Source of the DNA: Raillietiella orientalis
Taxonomy: Eukaryota
DNA length: 64,000 bases
NCBI GenBank assembly: GCA_036172245.1
Contig: JAYWIR010000054.1
Location: 868,001-932,000 of the forward strand
Direction of reading: 5' to 3'
Under the pieces are notes generated by a model that worked only from the letters and a program-made list of their open reading frames with translations, ran no database searches and was not told the origin of the DNA. This document shows positions 25,565 through 39,206 of the stretch, one piece after another. Position numbers and translations under genes: made by a program. Position 1 is the first letter of the stretch. Every line of letters begins with the position of its first letter.

Positions 25565-28500
25565 TCCTCAAGAAAAGAGCCGGCGAGTGATTTCAAGAAA
25601 CACAGTTCCTAGTTTTCACGCCACAACAACGTTCCCTATAGAAAATCTGTATATTTTCTTTCCATACCCGTTGAACTCATGACACCGACGACTTCGTAGT
25701 CGGCTATGAGAGAAAAAAGTAATCTTCTAGGAATACCACGTCGATTGGCGCATTCACGAATTTCATGGTACACTTTCCCCGAGGGCAAAAATTCGTCCGT
25801 AGACTCAAGAGCACTCCTTGGGCAGAGACCACGCTGCAGAGGTCAGGCACAACTGGGGGCGGCTGGAACTCGCGGCGAGGGGGAACTCTTATATGGGAAG
25901 GTGGAACGGGTCACGTGGTAGAGCAGCCGATTCCCCAAGGAAGGGTTACAAGGGCAGCTGAAAGTGGTCGGAGCATTCAGACTATAACGAATGTGTACTG
26001 CTGAATCGAAACCAAAAAGAGTGATGATGGCGAATTTCTCGGCAAAAACGAAATCCAGAAGTAAACATGTATAACAAAAAAAAAGAGAGCCTGTTAAGAA
26101 GGTATTACCGAGAATCGCTCTAAACTAATAGAGAGTCCTCCAAGTGGCAGCTGGCAAAGCCTCACAGTGGAGTGTGCGACGTAAAATGTGCTACTTTTCA
26201 ATAGAATGAGAAGGGTTACGAGCAATGTAATAGAAAAAGTAGGAAGCAGCTAGCCCCACAAAGTCTAGCTAGCAGTCTGGAATAGATGACCAATAGACAT
26301 GGCATGGGATCAAAGGACGTAAGGATTAATGCTTTCCAAGTGATAGAAGACTGCGTTGCGTATCGCAAAGAACTCTTAAGAAAACTTAGGCGACGGTCTG
26401 CCTTTCTTCCTAGGGGCTGTTATAACAGCACAATGGAGGTGACCTCAGGCAGACTGTGTGAAGGTGCTATGTACGGAGCAAGCACAGTTGGTATGGTAGC
26501 AGTTAAACTTAACGGGAAGTTATGGTGTCTGCCAATTAGAAAGTACTTTATTGCTTCAAACATTGGCAGACATTAATGTTGAGGAGGCCCTGAGCTATGG
26601 AAATGTCGAAAACATGTGATGAACTTCTGCGGAGGAAACTGGAGACAACAGGTGGTGCACTGCATACTCACCACTAATGAAAAGTGGAGTTTTGAAATGC
26701 TATGTTGATTCAAAGCATCTTCACTGATGAAAAATTGTTAGGTAGAAGAATGTACTTGAGATCCAGTTAAAATCAGCTCCCAAATATTCTTGGAAGAAAA
26801 TTTCATCCTCCAAAGCCGAAGGTGGTCAAAAAGAAATCTTTTCCGGCACCTTTGATGGCAGCGCGGTTGCTTGCTGGTGTTTTCTGAAGGAGAGATTGAA
26901 ACTGTTCTTGAAGAATTCAAATCATCATTAGGTAGCAGACCAGTAGAGAGTTTGGTTACAGGATGCAATTAAGGAGTTTCAACGATTCACATGGCACGCT
27001 GTGAAAACTTTGTAGCATTAGCTAGAATTATTATAGCTAGAATGAGCATTTATACGTTTGCGCTCTTACATGTGCAACGATAGAAAAGTATTTTACCTTG
27101 GAAGCCTTGGAGCTTTTAAGGTAAGTCACAATCAGTTGACTCTTTCCTTAGGAAGGAAAGAGGTTTTATGGATGCAAGCAGAATGTGACAAGAGGAATTC
27201 ATTTAATGATGATGTTGGAAGGTTGACTTCTGCCCACTTTATCTTCACGACAATAAATGTCCTGAATCAGCAAATTCAACGGAGCAGATGTGCTTCCATT
27301 ACATTGATGGAAAATAATGAATATCTTTTGAAATTCTCCAAGATGATCTCTATTAGAGTATTTGAGCACGAACATGAGAATTACATTATTGCAAAACCAT
27401 GCAAAGTTTGAGTCGAGAGAGTGCTTGTCTCTAGGCTTTGGTCCTGTAACCTTTAGTTTTCGACCCTTATGGAAATGAAGCTCTGTTCCACTTGGAGCCC
27501 CGCTGCTACCCTCAATGCAGTAATTTAGTGAATTTAGTCACCGCAACCTACAGACAAGATGGTGAGACTGGTGTTGAAATGCCATACAAGTGGATGAGCT
27601 TAATGGTAGTACGTTAATCTTAAGGGAGATGAAAACTTTCAGAGTTTGGAGCACGAGATTTATAGGCGATGAAAACTCATGTGAAATGGATCTTGAACCA
27701 GTTCTTAAAAGGCAAAGTGATGACACCTTTAATACGTTGTTCAGAGCTATTTTTACAGGTGGAATTCTCCGATTAAAGAATCGACTCATCGCTTTTATTT
27801 GCCTTAGGGGTATATCGAGAACAATTTCCAGCGAATCAATGAGACTAATACTGATAAGAAAACAGTTAACCTTTTTGGCAGATGAAGAGCAATCATATTT
27901 ATTTGGGAGTAATGGAGCTGATGCGAAAGCAGGGATTCGAGATCCTCACTAACCTAGTGGAGCTAATGACCGCCACAGCGTCTCTGAAGCAGAAAAGCGA
28001 GGTGGAGCAGTGGGCCCGGTTCCTGTCGTCGGTAGAGAATGTTGAGGCTGCGTCCTGGAACACCAACGGACACGGAGCTGCTGAACGGGCACGCTGGCTG
28101 CCATCGAGGAGGCCGGCGTGACAGCTGCGACAAGAGGCCGTCAGCTGCCTCAGAGCTCGGAACAAGAGCTGGCCCGCCACCTGCAGGCGGAGAGGGATCT
28201 GCGTCAACCAGGGCGGATGGTTTCCTGGGGCCCTCCCTGGTGGTGGATACCGCCCTGGAATTTCCCCAAGGGCGCACAGGCTGCGTGCTGGGCCTCATGG
28301 GGAAGTCTCAGCGGCGAATGTGTGCGAACCATGCAGCAAGAAGTGCTCAGATCCCTCAGATCAGGTCCTTTCTGAAGGGACAGTGGAGCTAATAACTGGA
28401 GAGTATAATAAATGATTCGATAAAGTCGAAATTAGCGGCACAAAAGGGAAGAAGAGGCAAATTAGTTGTAAAGTGCTGCAAGATAAGAATAGTATTAAAC

Positions 28501-31500
28501 AAATCAAAGAACTAATTATGGAAGCACTTGTGAAAAGCACTTCAGAGTTTTATGTGGAATTTATGTCATATGCGAAGATGAAAGATGGAAATTTATTGGA
28601 AACATAAACCCTGCTTCTTGTCTTAATATGGACATTCGTGATTTTAAGGAAAGAAGCTCAAATTCAAAGATAAGTTATAAAAAATTGATTGGAATTTGGA
28701 ACCCGAAGTGTTGCTATTCGACGTCATGAGGGACCAAAACGCTGTTGACATAAGCAATTGTTTTCAAATGATTTGCATCTATTTTTGATAAATTTTGTAA
28801 TGCTCTGAGTGTGCCATCAGAAGTGATTCGGAAACATTTGAAATCCAGGTGTGGTCTTCAAGAACTGGATAAATTAGGAGTAATTCAATTTCCCAATCAT
28901 ACACTGAATTTGAATTACCAGAGGAAGAAGTTAAGCATTTGATAAATAGGGAACTCATGGCTTCCAATGCATAATCGACAACGCAAGGATGCTCTGAAAG
29001 AAAGAAAAGATTTTCCTAGTAACTCAACTGAAAGCATTGAAACCCAAGATCACAAAGATAGAGATCCGGCTAATAGCACATCACCTAGACGTGGATCCAT
29101 ATTAGGCAGGAGAAAGAAGTGAACCGGATTGCTTCATTCCCATGAAAACCCGGTGGAAGCTGCAATTCTACCGAATCAAACCTTTTAAAAAGCAGATCTG
29201 CATTATAATACATTTGTGTACATCAAACTTTCTGCTAGCCCATTATGAATTTCTCCTGTGTTGCTGGTTGTCTGAATGATAAGCTGCAGTTTGTAATTCG
29301 TGCCATCGAGAATTTCAATTGATGGTGGTGCTCGTGGTTTAAACAAAATAGCATGAAAGAAGTGCAGCTGTTGTAGAAGTTGACTCGTGCAGCACAACCG
29401 AGATTCAACAAGAACTAACTGGCTGTGATTTCTTTGAAATGAATGATTTCGCAACTGATGATAATGCAGGCAATACTCGACCACTTTGTTATATTTAGAG
29501 ATGTATCCGTACACCTCGAGGGCATTTATCAAAGCTGAATTCAAAATCCCGAGGCCTTTTATGCGGTAGTGGAAAAGACTCTTTTTCCCTTGAAAAACGT
29601 GTATGCTTATTTTCTGGTAGTACAGAAGTTAGAAAAACACTTTTGAGAGTCTTCTGATACAATATGGATGCATTTTATGAAGGCCGAAGAAGGTCTGACG
29701 CTGCGAAGGAACAGCACAGTTATCACAGAAAATTAAGGGAAACTTCACTGGTTTCCTTTTTTCTTTCTACAGGGATAATAACCATATTTAGATGGCCCAT
29801 GAAAGTGCAAAACAAGAAAGTACCTCTAGGATAACGCGGAGTGAACGAGATGGATACCAAGTTCCATCAATGGGTGTACACTAGATGAACTAGGAAATGT
29901 GCCAAGGGAGGCATATTCGTCGAGCAAAGTATCCAAGGACACGGAAGACATATTAACTTTCTAAAATCCAAATTTTTAGCTTTCTCTGCAGGTTCTATAT
30001 CAAGCAGAGCTGACGATGGTATAGCGCCTCCATGGGAATTCTTTTTCCTGTACGGATAAAGAGGCTTTTTAAAGGCGGTAGTAAAATAGCAATGTCTGAC
30101 CCTTTGGTATTGGACCCAAAGAGGAAGGCAAAAATGAACACTTCAATTTTTAACTTAGAAAAAGCTGTTACTGGGATCTGTATGATCAAGCAGGTGTGAG
30201 AAACTTACTTTGCTGGCAAGGCAACCTTTTTGCTGCTTAGATGGTCAGAGGGAATGATATTAAAAAAAAATCTCTAAAACCAAGGAAGCTTGTGAGGGTG
30301 AAGGTGGGGCTTTTGATTTCTCATTGCGTTCTGCTTTCGACAGTAGGCTTATTTGATTTTCGATTTCCTTGAATTAAGGAATCCTATGATATAGTATCAT
30401 CGCCATGTGATAAAATTCCTGTAGACGGGGGCATGCAATTATTTGCATCAGTTAATGCCTTAGGTGTTTCCATGTTTGCAGGTGATGGAACTGGAAAGCA
30501 TCAAACTCAGCCAGCACTTAACATAAAAGTAGCTGTTTTTGATGCCAATGAAATTGTCAACGACTCTTTTGCTCTGCATCACATGCAAAGGCTAATGAAA
30601 GAGCCAAACTGTAGCAGGAGTTCCAGAAGGAGTCAGAAAGACTTATGCCCTCCGGAGAAAAGTATGAACCGTCATAAAAAGGAGAAGAAAGGCCTGATTG
30701 ATTTAAAAAATGCTTCATTTGAGTAAGAGAAGCTGCACTCCAAAAAAAAAATCATACTCAGAAAGTTATCCAGTAGATCGTTATTTTTTAAAAGCATAAA
30801 ATAAGTTGCTCAAGGGAAACGGAAGGGAAAAAAAAAGTTATTGAAATCACGCTACAACATGTACTTGGTACTATTTATTTTAAAGGAAGAACAAACTTTT
30901 GTACTCGATGGGTGGAATTACTTCATCAATGAAATAATTACTTCAATTCAAGTTGAAAGACATGAACCCGTTTTATTCCAAAGGAGCTGTGCGGTTTAAT
31001 AACAGTGGTATCATAAAAACTGAGTCTTAATCATACTGTATCTTAGATCCTGATGGATAATGGAATGTGACCTTGGTAAAGATTTACAGGAAGGTTAAGA
31101 ATGCTACCTTCTAATGACCTTTATTGTCCTTTTCCTGGTCATCCAATCAAACCAAAAGGCATATCTAATGATCGTATCTCTGGCTCAAGCATCTACAATA
31201 TGTTTCTTGGCAACCACGGAGATAGAAAAGCGGTTGCCCACCTCATGTCTATTGAGAATGCAAGATTCAGAGTGCAAAAATTATTTCTGAAGCACACAAA
31301 TTACATGAAGCTAATGAACATGCACGTTGCATTGCTCATATAAATTTCAATTCGCTGCATACATTAGCAAAGAAAAAACTTGCTAAAGCAGCAATTTTAG
31401 CCGAGGTGCAAAACATGAGAGGCAGTGAATTTTCATTTGTAGGAATGCTTGAACACCCTACATGGTATGGCAATGATGCGAAGTTTCAAAAACTCATTTC

Positions 31501-31685
31501 CGAATCTAAATACAATAGATTTGATCAAATTAGATGGAGCCTTCATAGATTACTCAAATCATGCGATAGAGATTTCCACTGGCAAAACAGCGATCGACGT
31601 TGACTATGTTAAGAGCAAAGTGAATCGATCTCTCACCTCATCTGCGACAGAAAAAAAAACACCACCGAGCAGGCAATGCCCTAAA

Positions 31686-31760
31686 GACCGTGTTCGCAAC
31701 TGTGGTCTCCGCCCGTGGCACAAAAAGCGCCGCGGGTTCGAATCCCTTCGTAGCGGCCTT
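31686..31760 (+). mobile_element. tRNA-derived SINE head
   Basis: GACCGTG..TGGTCTCCGCCCGTGGCAC..GGTTCGAATCC, similar to 11721-11780. Confidence 0.55.
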
Positions 31761-31979
31761 CACCCAGAGCATTCTCGGATTCGAAATTTCGTTCCTCTCA
31801 GGTTTTACCCTCTAAAACATCAAGAGTTACACGCACCCCTGGGTGGTGTGAACAGAGCTTAGTGAGTACCCCAAAGGAGGCGGATAATTGTTTAGTACTT
31901 AGCAAACCCAAAAACATGAAACTGGAAAAAAAATGCTAGAGGCGAAAACAAATAACTCCATTGAATTCCCATCATCCTA

Positions 31980-33115
31980 GGCAAACGAGTGTGTTGTTTG
32001 CTCGCTCACGGCTTCTAGGTACTCATCTAATTAGTAAGTGAATGTGGGGTTCTTGGTAATGGCAAATGCAGAAATACCTGACTCCACCACCAAGAAAGGC
32101 GAAGGTGAGATGCCCACATCGAGCCTTGAGGCTATGAAAGTGGGAAAATCTGCTCCCACAGACTTGTCCCTTGCGCCAGCTATTGCATGAAACGCCGTGG
32201 CTGCCGCTCCGTCGCCTGCAGCCATGCCAGCCCAAAGAACCTAAGTGGAGGCAGGGTACAATGTGTCTCTCTTTTATAAAGCAGGCAATTTATACTCTCC
32301 CAAGAGCGCAAGCTCCTTTGCGAAGTAACTGCACACTTTTACTGTGCCTGAAGAGGAGCTTCTCGCCCTCAACATACGCAGCGGGGCCAGTTCATTGAAT
32401 TGATATGCAAGAAGTCAGCTCCAGTTTAAGCACTGTTGATGACCCTCGTGATGGCTGGAGACACGAAGCTCCTAGATAACGACGGACCTCTCTATAGTGG
32501 TCCTCCTACTCGGCATCACATTTCGGATGAGCAAAAGATCCCATCTGGTGAGAATTTGAAGAATTCGCAACGGTGCACGAGCTGTGGGTCAATCGCCCAA
32601 CCTTCGTAGAGTAGGGCGGGCTTCCTGGCGATTTCCTGGAAGAGAACATCACCGTTCATGAGGGATGTGCTTTGCTCCACAGACTCCACAGACTGTCTGG
32701 GAAACAGTAGACATGTGGGACCAAATACTACGGCTTTTGTAATTTTCCAGGCCAACTCAAAAAGAGATGACCGAATATTCAATACCAGCTGTGCGGAACC
32801 ACGGGTCACACTCAAAATATGTGCTTCCAGCGTAATGTCCGCGTTGCGGCTGCAAAAAGCAGCGAGAAGCGCGTGGCCAAAAAAATAAGGAAATCCGCTG
32901 CGAAAAGAGCTGTGGAGAAAGCCACCACCAAACCACAAGCCAAGGCCGCCTTGCGTACCTGAGCCAGAAAAGCTAAGAACGTCGAGCGAGGCAGTTAGGA
33001 CGGATGACAGGTGGTTAGAGGTAAGAAAAGCTAGAAAATGACACAAAAGAAAGGGATCACATAATGCAGCGGGAATCCACCTCTTTGCAAAAAAATAAAA
33101 AGCTGCCGCGTAGCC
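31980..33115 (+). mobile_element. T1: decayed Tx1-like element (alpha-like), 5' part with ORF1 from 32059, interrupted by T2
   Basis: 'VEAGYNVSLFYKAGNLYS' and decayed zinc knuckles match alpha ORF1; many stops. Confidence 0.8.
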
Positions 33116-34165
33116 TTTTGCCACTCTAATGAGCGCGAGCGTTTATTTAAAAAGTACAAACCGTCTGGGAACCTAGTTTCTAGACAGGGAAAAGGAAGTT
33201 CGAGGGGAGGGCTTACCACTACGCAATTAGTCACATTGAAAGTCCGAAACGGGAGGGAGGGGAACTAGGAAACATACAACGACCGTTGCATCGCTTCAAA
33301 ACCGGCGTTGAGTGCCGGCGGTCTTCTTCCTGACTTCGTTCACCTGAGGCTACCTAGCAGTCGTCCGCAAACTCACGTCGGGAATCCAAGTGAGCTCTCC
33401 GGAAACAGTTCGCGATTCCAACAGGTAGCAGTCCATGAAGATGGCTTGGATGCAACAGGTCGTTCAGATGACCGCACCTAGAGAGAGACCACCGCGCTTC
33501 AAAAAGCGGCGCATGATATCGATGGCAGCGTCCCCCTGGTGCAGGTGCACTAAAAGCCGTCTAGTCACAGTCCTTGGAGAATACCCCAGTCAAAGAGCAG
33601 GCACTCTGTACCGGAGCGGACCGTTCTGATCTGGAAGCGAAACAAGCTGCTAGCCCCCTTTCAGTTAGCCAAAGGGAGAGAAGTTGCTACGAAGGTCTGA
33701 TAGAATTCTGCATTCAGGCCGTTCTCCCTTAGTACTTTCCTTTTTCTGAGCGCCTTGATGGCCAGCGACAGCGGCTCTTCCAGGCTCTCTCGTTCCTCCT
33801 CCCCTATCGCGTTAGTGCACCATAACAGTCTCTGAAAGAAGGCTTTTTTCCATTGATGCATATGCGTAGAGGGAGCAGTAAAAATCGCGCAATAACCGGC
33901 GCACATCCAAATGTGCCGAGCACTTCTGTCCTTGGTCGTCCAACAAGCAATCTCTCCCGGACTGCCAGACCTTATGCTCTACTCTGTCCTTCACTTTTGC
34001 CAGTCTTCGGACGTCAGGATGTCTGCAGGCGGTGCGTTTTCAGAAAAGCTTTGGCGAGGTCTGCGCACTCTCGATAAATAATAATAGGAGGAGAGTTAGT
34101 GGGAACTGTTCTCAGAACTCATACCAAGAACTTGAAGAGATCGCAATCCTCGAGCGTCTGCCCTG
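33116..34165 (-). mobile_element. T2: decayed, internally deleted Tx1-like element (family gamma), 3' part
   Basis: 'WQSGRDCLLDDQGQKC', 'GLNAEFYQTF', C-terminal 'MRRFLKRGGLSLGAV' as in T10 ('MRRFYTRGGLSIGAV'); AATAAACG terminus. Confidence 0.8.
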
Positions 34166-37100
34166 AACTGATGTGTTCTGTCTAGGCACTGGTCTGGGGA
34201 AACTTTATTTGTTTGTGTGTGTGTGTGTGTGGTGGTGGATTTGGTGGCGGAAGAGTCAGAAATGCCTGTTATCATCACCATCAAAGGCCAGGGAGCGACA
34301 TTCTCGTCACCCTTAGAGGCTATGGTGGTGGGAACATCCATCCTCACAGTATCGTTGCTTGAGAAAGCGAGGACATGAACGTCGTGTCTATGGCTCCATC
34401 GCCAGTTGCTGCTGAAATGAGAGCCCACTTGGAGTAGGGGTACAGTCTCCCTCTACTCTATAAGGTAGGCAATCTCTATTCTTCGGAGAGCCCTCGTGCC
34501 TTCTCGAACGCGCTGAGCGTCCTCTGCGTTTCGGAGGGAGAGCTGACGGCTATGACCATCAGAAGCGAGGGGCAGTACGTGGAGGTGATCTGCAAGAAGG
34601 CAGATCTTGCCCAACATACCCCTGTGCTGATGGGCCTTTGTAGGCTCTTCCGTATGACAGAGGACCGCCCTATGGTGTTCATCTGTTAGGTGTTACCATG
34701 GAAATGAACAAGGAAGAGGTCCGCGAGGAACTCCCAAAAGTAGGGACGGTCCACGCACTGTGGAGAAACCGGCTTCATTCCTGAAGCATGCGGAGATTCC
34801 AACTGACCTCGCAGCCATGAGAATAAAGATCTGCAAGAGCTGTACGCTACCTCACAAGCTGAAGGTCTCCGGCGAGTCCGTTGACCTCTGGTATGTGTGG
34901 AAACCACATTACTGCGTGCATTGCAGCACGTCGGGTAACCTGAAAAAAAGGTGCCCTCACTTGCAATGCCAGCAATGCAAGGAATCCGAGCACACTCTCC
35001 AGGTGTGCCCACCAAATCAAGTCTGCGTCGCGTCCGCACGCAATACGAAGTAGCGCGAGGCAAAAACTAAAAAAAATAGCAGCGCGAGCTGCCACTAAAG
35101 ACGCGACTGCCGCACTCAAGAAGGTCAGCTCCGAAACCCCTGCGGAATGAGAGGGCATGAGAGGAAGACTTTCAGAAGCACAAAGACTGGCCAGCCTTCC
35201 AAGAAGACAGGAGAAGGCAGAAGGAAAACCCTCCCGATATACCGGAGGAGATGCCCACCCCAATTCCTCCTTCACTGGAGGAGAAAAACCCCGCGAAAGG
35301 CAAGAAGCCAACCACGAAAGACAGGAAGACCATGATCCGGGAAGGGCCCGAGGCTGATAGTCCCCGCCAACGAGACTCCCGAGAGGGAAATCGGGTAGGA
35401 GACGACCATGAACGAGCTGCAGGCCAAGATCAACGACCTGCGCTCAACGATTAGCGATGTCGCTAACGAAGAGCAAAAAGGACTGGCATTCCAGCATTCC
35501 AAGGAGCTGCTGGAAAGCCCAAGGCAACCAGCAATCTCGCCTCAGGTGGAGATGCACCTGGAGGAGCAGGTGTACGTCAGCCTCACCTCCTTCGTCCTCT
35601 CGGATGATAACCGGAAACAGGGGGAGGTAAAAACTCCAGCGGAAACGCTGAAGAGCTTTAAGACGACTGCATCCCAGGAAGCGGAAGCCAACGCAGCCAG
35701 CAGCTTCACCTCGAAAGAGGAGAATCCCGAGGTGGAAACAGTAGCAGTCCAGGAAAGCAGAGAGCAGACCAAGAGAGACAGGCGCGTCCAGACAAGGGCA
35801 CAACTGTCGAAAATAAAAAAGGTCAAATAGACCGTCCCAGCCGTCCGTAAATGATCCAATACCTCTCGTCAATGTGGAAGATCGGGTTCGCATCCTAGAA
35901 TATCAACGGATGTACGCATCCGACGAAGAGAAGATACATGAAGTTTCTCCTGCGATAGGAAGACATCGCCTGCCTGCAAGAAACCCAATTCATGTCATTG
36001 GGAGTATGCGAAGTACTACAAAACGGTCTACAAGTCGATGTTCATATCAAGCAGGGCTCGAGCTGTCGCAAAGGTGTGGCCATTCTCGTACCGATCATCC
36101 TGGAGGTGTTCCATGAATGAGAAGGCCGCGTCGTGGGTCTGAATATGGCATGGTTCGGAAGCGTACACCTGTTCGTGGTGAACGTCTACGGACCACTGTT
36201 TAAGAAGTAGACTTTTGTAAACTCCCTTGCGCAGCTAATCAGGAACAAGGTCACTGCGAAAGACGTGGTCATGATCGCGGGCGACTTCAACGTTCGTCTG
36301 GATGGCACTTGCCACGACGAGACGGAAGTTCTTATCATTTGCCTACACCTTGCGGACGAACTCGCACTCTTCCGCACGGAAGCGAGCATGACCTGCATCG
36401 ACTACGTCTTACACTCGGAAGCTCTTGGTAATCGCAGTCAGGGGATCCAAGAGATCGACACTGGGATCTCGGACCATCCCCTGTTGAAATAAAGAATGAC
36501 AGCCAGGAATCCCAGGAAGAAAAACGTGGTAACCTGGGCAGCACTCATCTGCATGCTCGAGTGGTACGAACGTTCTCTTGCGTACCAGGGCGTCGTAGAA
36601 ACCATCCTCGCCACAACCAACATCCTGCGCGTATACGACTAAGAGATCCTGAAACACCCCTTGCACGTCTTCTCCACCCTTCAATATGGCTACAAGTATC
36701 CCCGGGAGGAAGCGTACAGGGAGACCCAGCAACTCCATCCCTACCACTCTGCGTACTGGTAACAGTACCAGGGGCGCTTCCTCGATAGGAGTGTTACAAA
36801 GGACATCGGACGGCTGGAAAAGCTCAACCTGGCAACGGACATCTTTCATGTCCGTTAGCAGGACAAAGTTTATCGGAACTCGGAGCAAGTGCTTGAAGTC
36901 TTTCAACACCACTACTCCGAACTATTCAAAAAACGGACTCTGGATCTGGGAGACCAGGAGTGGATTCTCCTTTTGTGGAGAAACGCTTGGCTTCCCAAGA
37001 ACAAAAAGAACTCGATGAACACTTCACCGTCGACGAGGTCAAAGCGGCGTTTGATGGACTGCGCAAGGACATGGCAGCGGGCCCCGACAGGGTACTTGTC

Positions 37101-39206
37101 ACGCACTACCAGGGACACCTGCCTGCTTACTGGCGCTTGTTCCATCAGCTGCTAGACTGCATCTACCGAGAAGAACGACTGCCCGCCTCCTTTCATCGAA
37201 GCAGGATGAGCCTGCTCCCCAACAGCGGCGGGGACCTCCGCAATGTCAATCAATGGAGGCCCATATCCGTCCTGAACTCGGACGCGAAATGGATAGCGAA
37301 GATCTGGGCAAATCGACTGAAGAAAGTGCTAAAGTCAGTGGCTTCCCCCGCACAGACGTGTGCCGTTCCAGGTAGACGCATGTGGCATAACCTGAACTGC
37401 GTCCATACCCTCCTGGTATGCAATCGTGTCCTGGGCAAGCACTTGGTACTGGGCTTCACCGACATCGAGAAGGCCTTCGACTCGGTGGTCCACACCATGC
37501 TGCTAAAGATCCTGGGAAAGCTGGGCTCCAAGAAAGATTCGTGCAGCACGTGGCTCACATTCTGGAGGAGGCGAATTTCTCGATCACCGTGAACGGGCTA
37601 TCGTCGCGGATCAAAATGCAAAGAGGAGTCCGACAGGGAGATGCCCTGAGCCCGATGTTCTTCGTGCGGTACATGGAGGCAGTTAGCGCTTTCGTTCAAC
37701 ACGGGAGCCGACTCAGGGGTATTATCCTGCGAGAGGAAGAACCAAACATCACGCACCTGACCTACGCCGACGACCTGCTTTTCGTCATGTCTGACCAGTG
37801 GGACGCAGAGACATTCCTGGAAGTCGTACAAGCCATGTAGTGCGACCTCGGACTGAAAGTGAACCCAAACAAGTCCCATCTGCTAGCCGTGGGAATACCG
37901 GACGTTACCGTCCTTTATGCCCACGGCTTTCAGATTGCGGACAGTGTTAAGTACCTGAAAGTTCTCTTTGGCGACGATACAGCGGTTCTGGTTTCGCAGC
38001 AGTGGTTGGCCATCCTCACCAAGCTACATGAAGAAACCAGCCAATATGGTGGTAAATCCTTCTCGCGGAAGGACAAGGCTAAACTCTGGAACGGGATGAT
38101 GGCGGCGAAGTTTCTCTTCGCTGCGTCATTTCTATCGTTTCCCCCGAGGACGGCAAAATACCCGGCCTACATCCAGAGGAACTTGTCTAGCGGCAGAAAA
38201 TCGAAGACGAAGCCGGAGTCCCTGTGTCGTCCGTGGATGTTAGGAGGTACCGGCATGAGCGATGTCGCCTCTGCCATGAAGCTCCAGGACCTCAAACACT
38301 CGTCACTGAATGGGACGAGTGGCCGTTTGCGTTCCACCGCGCCTTTGCAAGATTGGTACACGGAACCGACGGCCTCACGTCTGCCCTGGAGCTCACCGCC
38401 GGAGGCTGGGACAAAATGGACCCTACATGGCCCCGAATCCAGAAGCTGATATGGACGTTAAAACTGCGTATTGAACCCAGAAGTAAGGAGATATGGAACA
38501 AGGAACTCACTAAAGTGATCCCGCTGTTCATCAGCGTCCCTCGGGACACTGAAGCATGAATCACGAAGACCAGGAAGATAACCATGGAAGCTTCCGAGCT
38601 GAGAGACTGGCGAACAACGTGGTTATACACGCCCGCGGAGTCCTCGCCTACAAGCGTGAGTTCGAAGGGAGGATAACCCACAGGACCCGGAGGTTTTGGC
38701 AGGATCAAGGCTCCCAGTGGTCCAGGGTGAACCTCCTGAACAACAATCCTCTTGGTCCTCAGAATACAACACCGTCCGAGGCGATGCAGAAGATGAAGTC
38801 CCAGTTAGGCAATCCCGTCGTCGACGCACAGGCAATCAGGACGGTCCTATGGAGATCCTCGTTGCTACCGGACATTCAGTACTGCCTCCTGATGTTTCAT
38901 CACAGAGACATCCTGTGTGGCACGAGGTTTCAACACTAGACTGGCAATCCCGACGACGACTAGTCCCCAGGGTGTGGGTCCATCGAAGATTAACTACACA
39001 TCTATACCTGTAGAACCCTCGCGAGGAACTGTAGAAGCATCAAGAGGGCGGTGCGGATGGAGGAGACGCCGAAGATCCTGAGAGGACTCTCTGAAGGCGA
39101 GTTACAACACCTCCGTACGAGTGACTGTGGCTTCCTTCATGAGAAGTATTCTCATCAGGAGAGCCATACTTTCCAATGGTGAAGTATGCGTGCCCTGGAT
39201 GTTCTG
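34166..39206 (+). mobile_element. T3: near full-length decayed Tx1/L1-like element (ORF1 ~34262-35850, ORF2 from 35851)
   Basis: CCHC knuckle 'CVHCSTSGNLKKRC'; EN 'IAGDFN','IDY','SDH'; RT 'WRPISVLNSDAK','DIEKAFD','GVRQGDALSP','YADD'; frameshifts. Confidence 0.92.
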
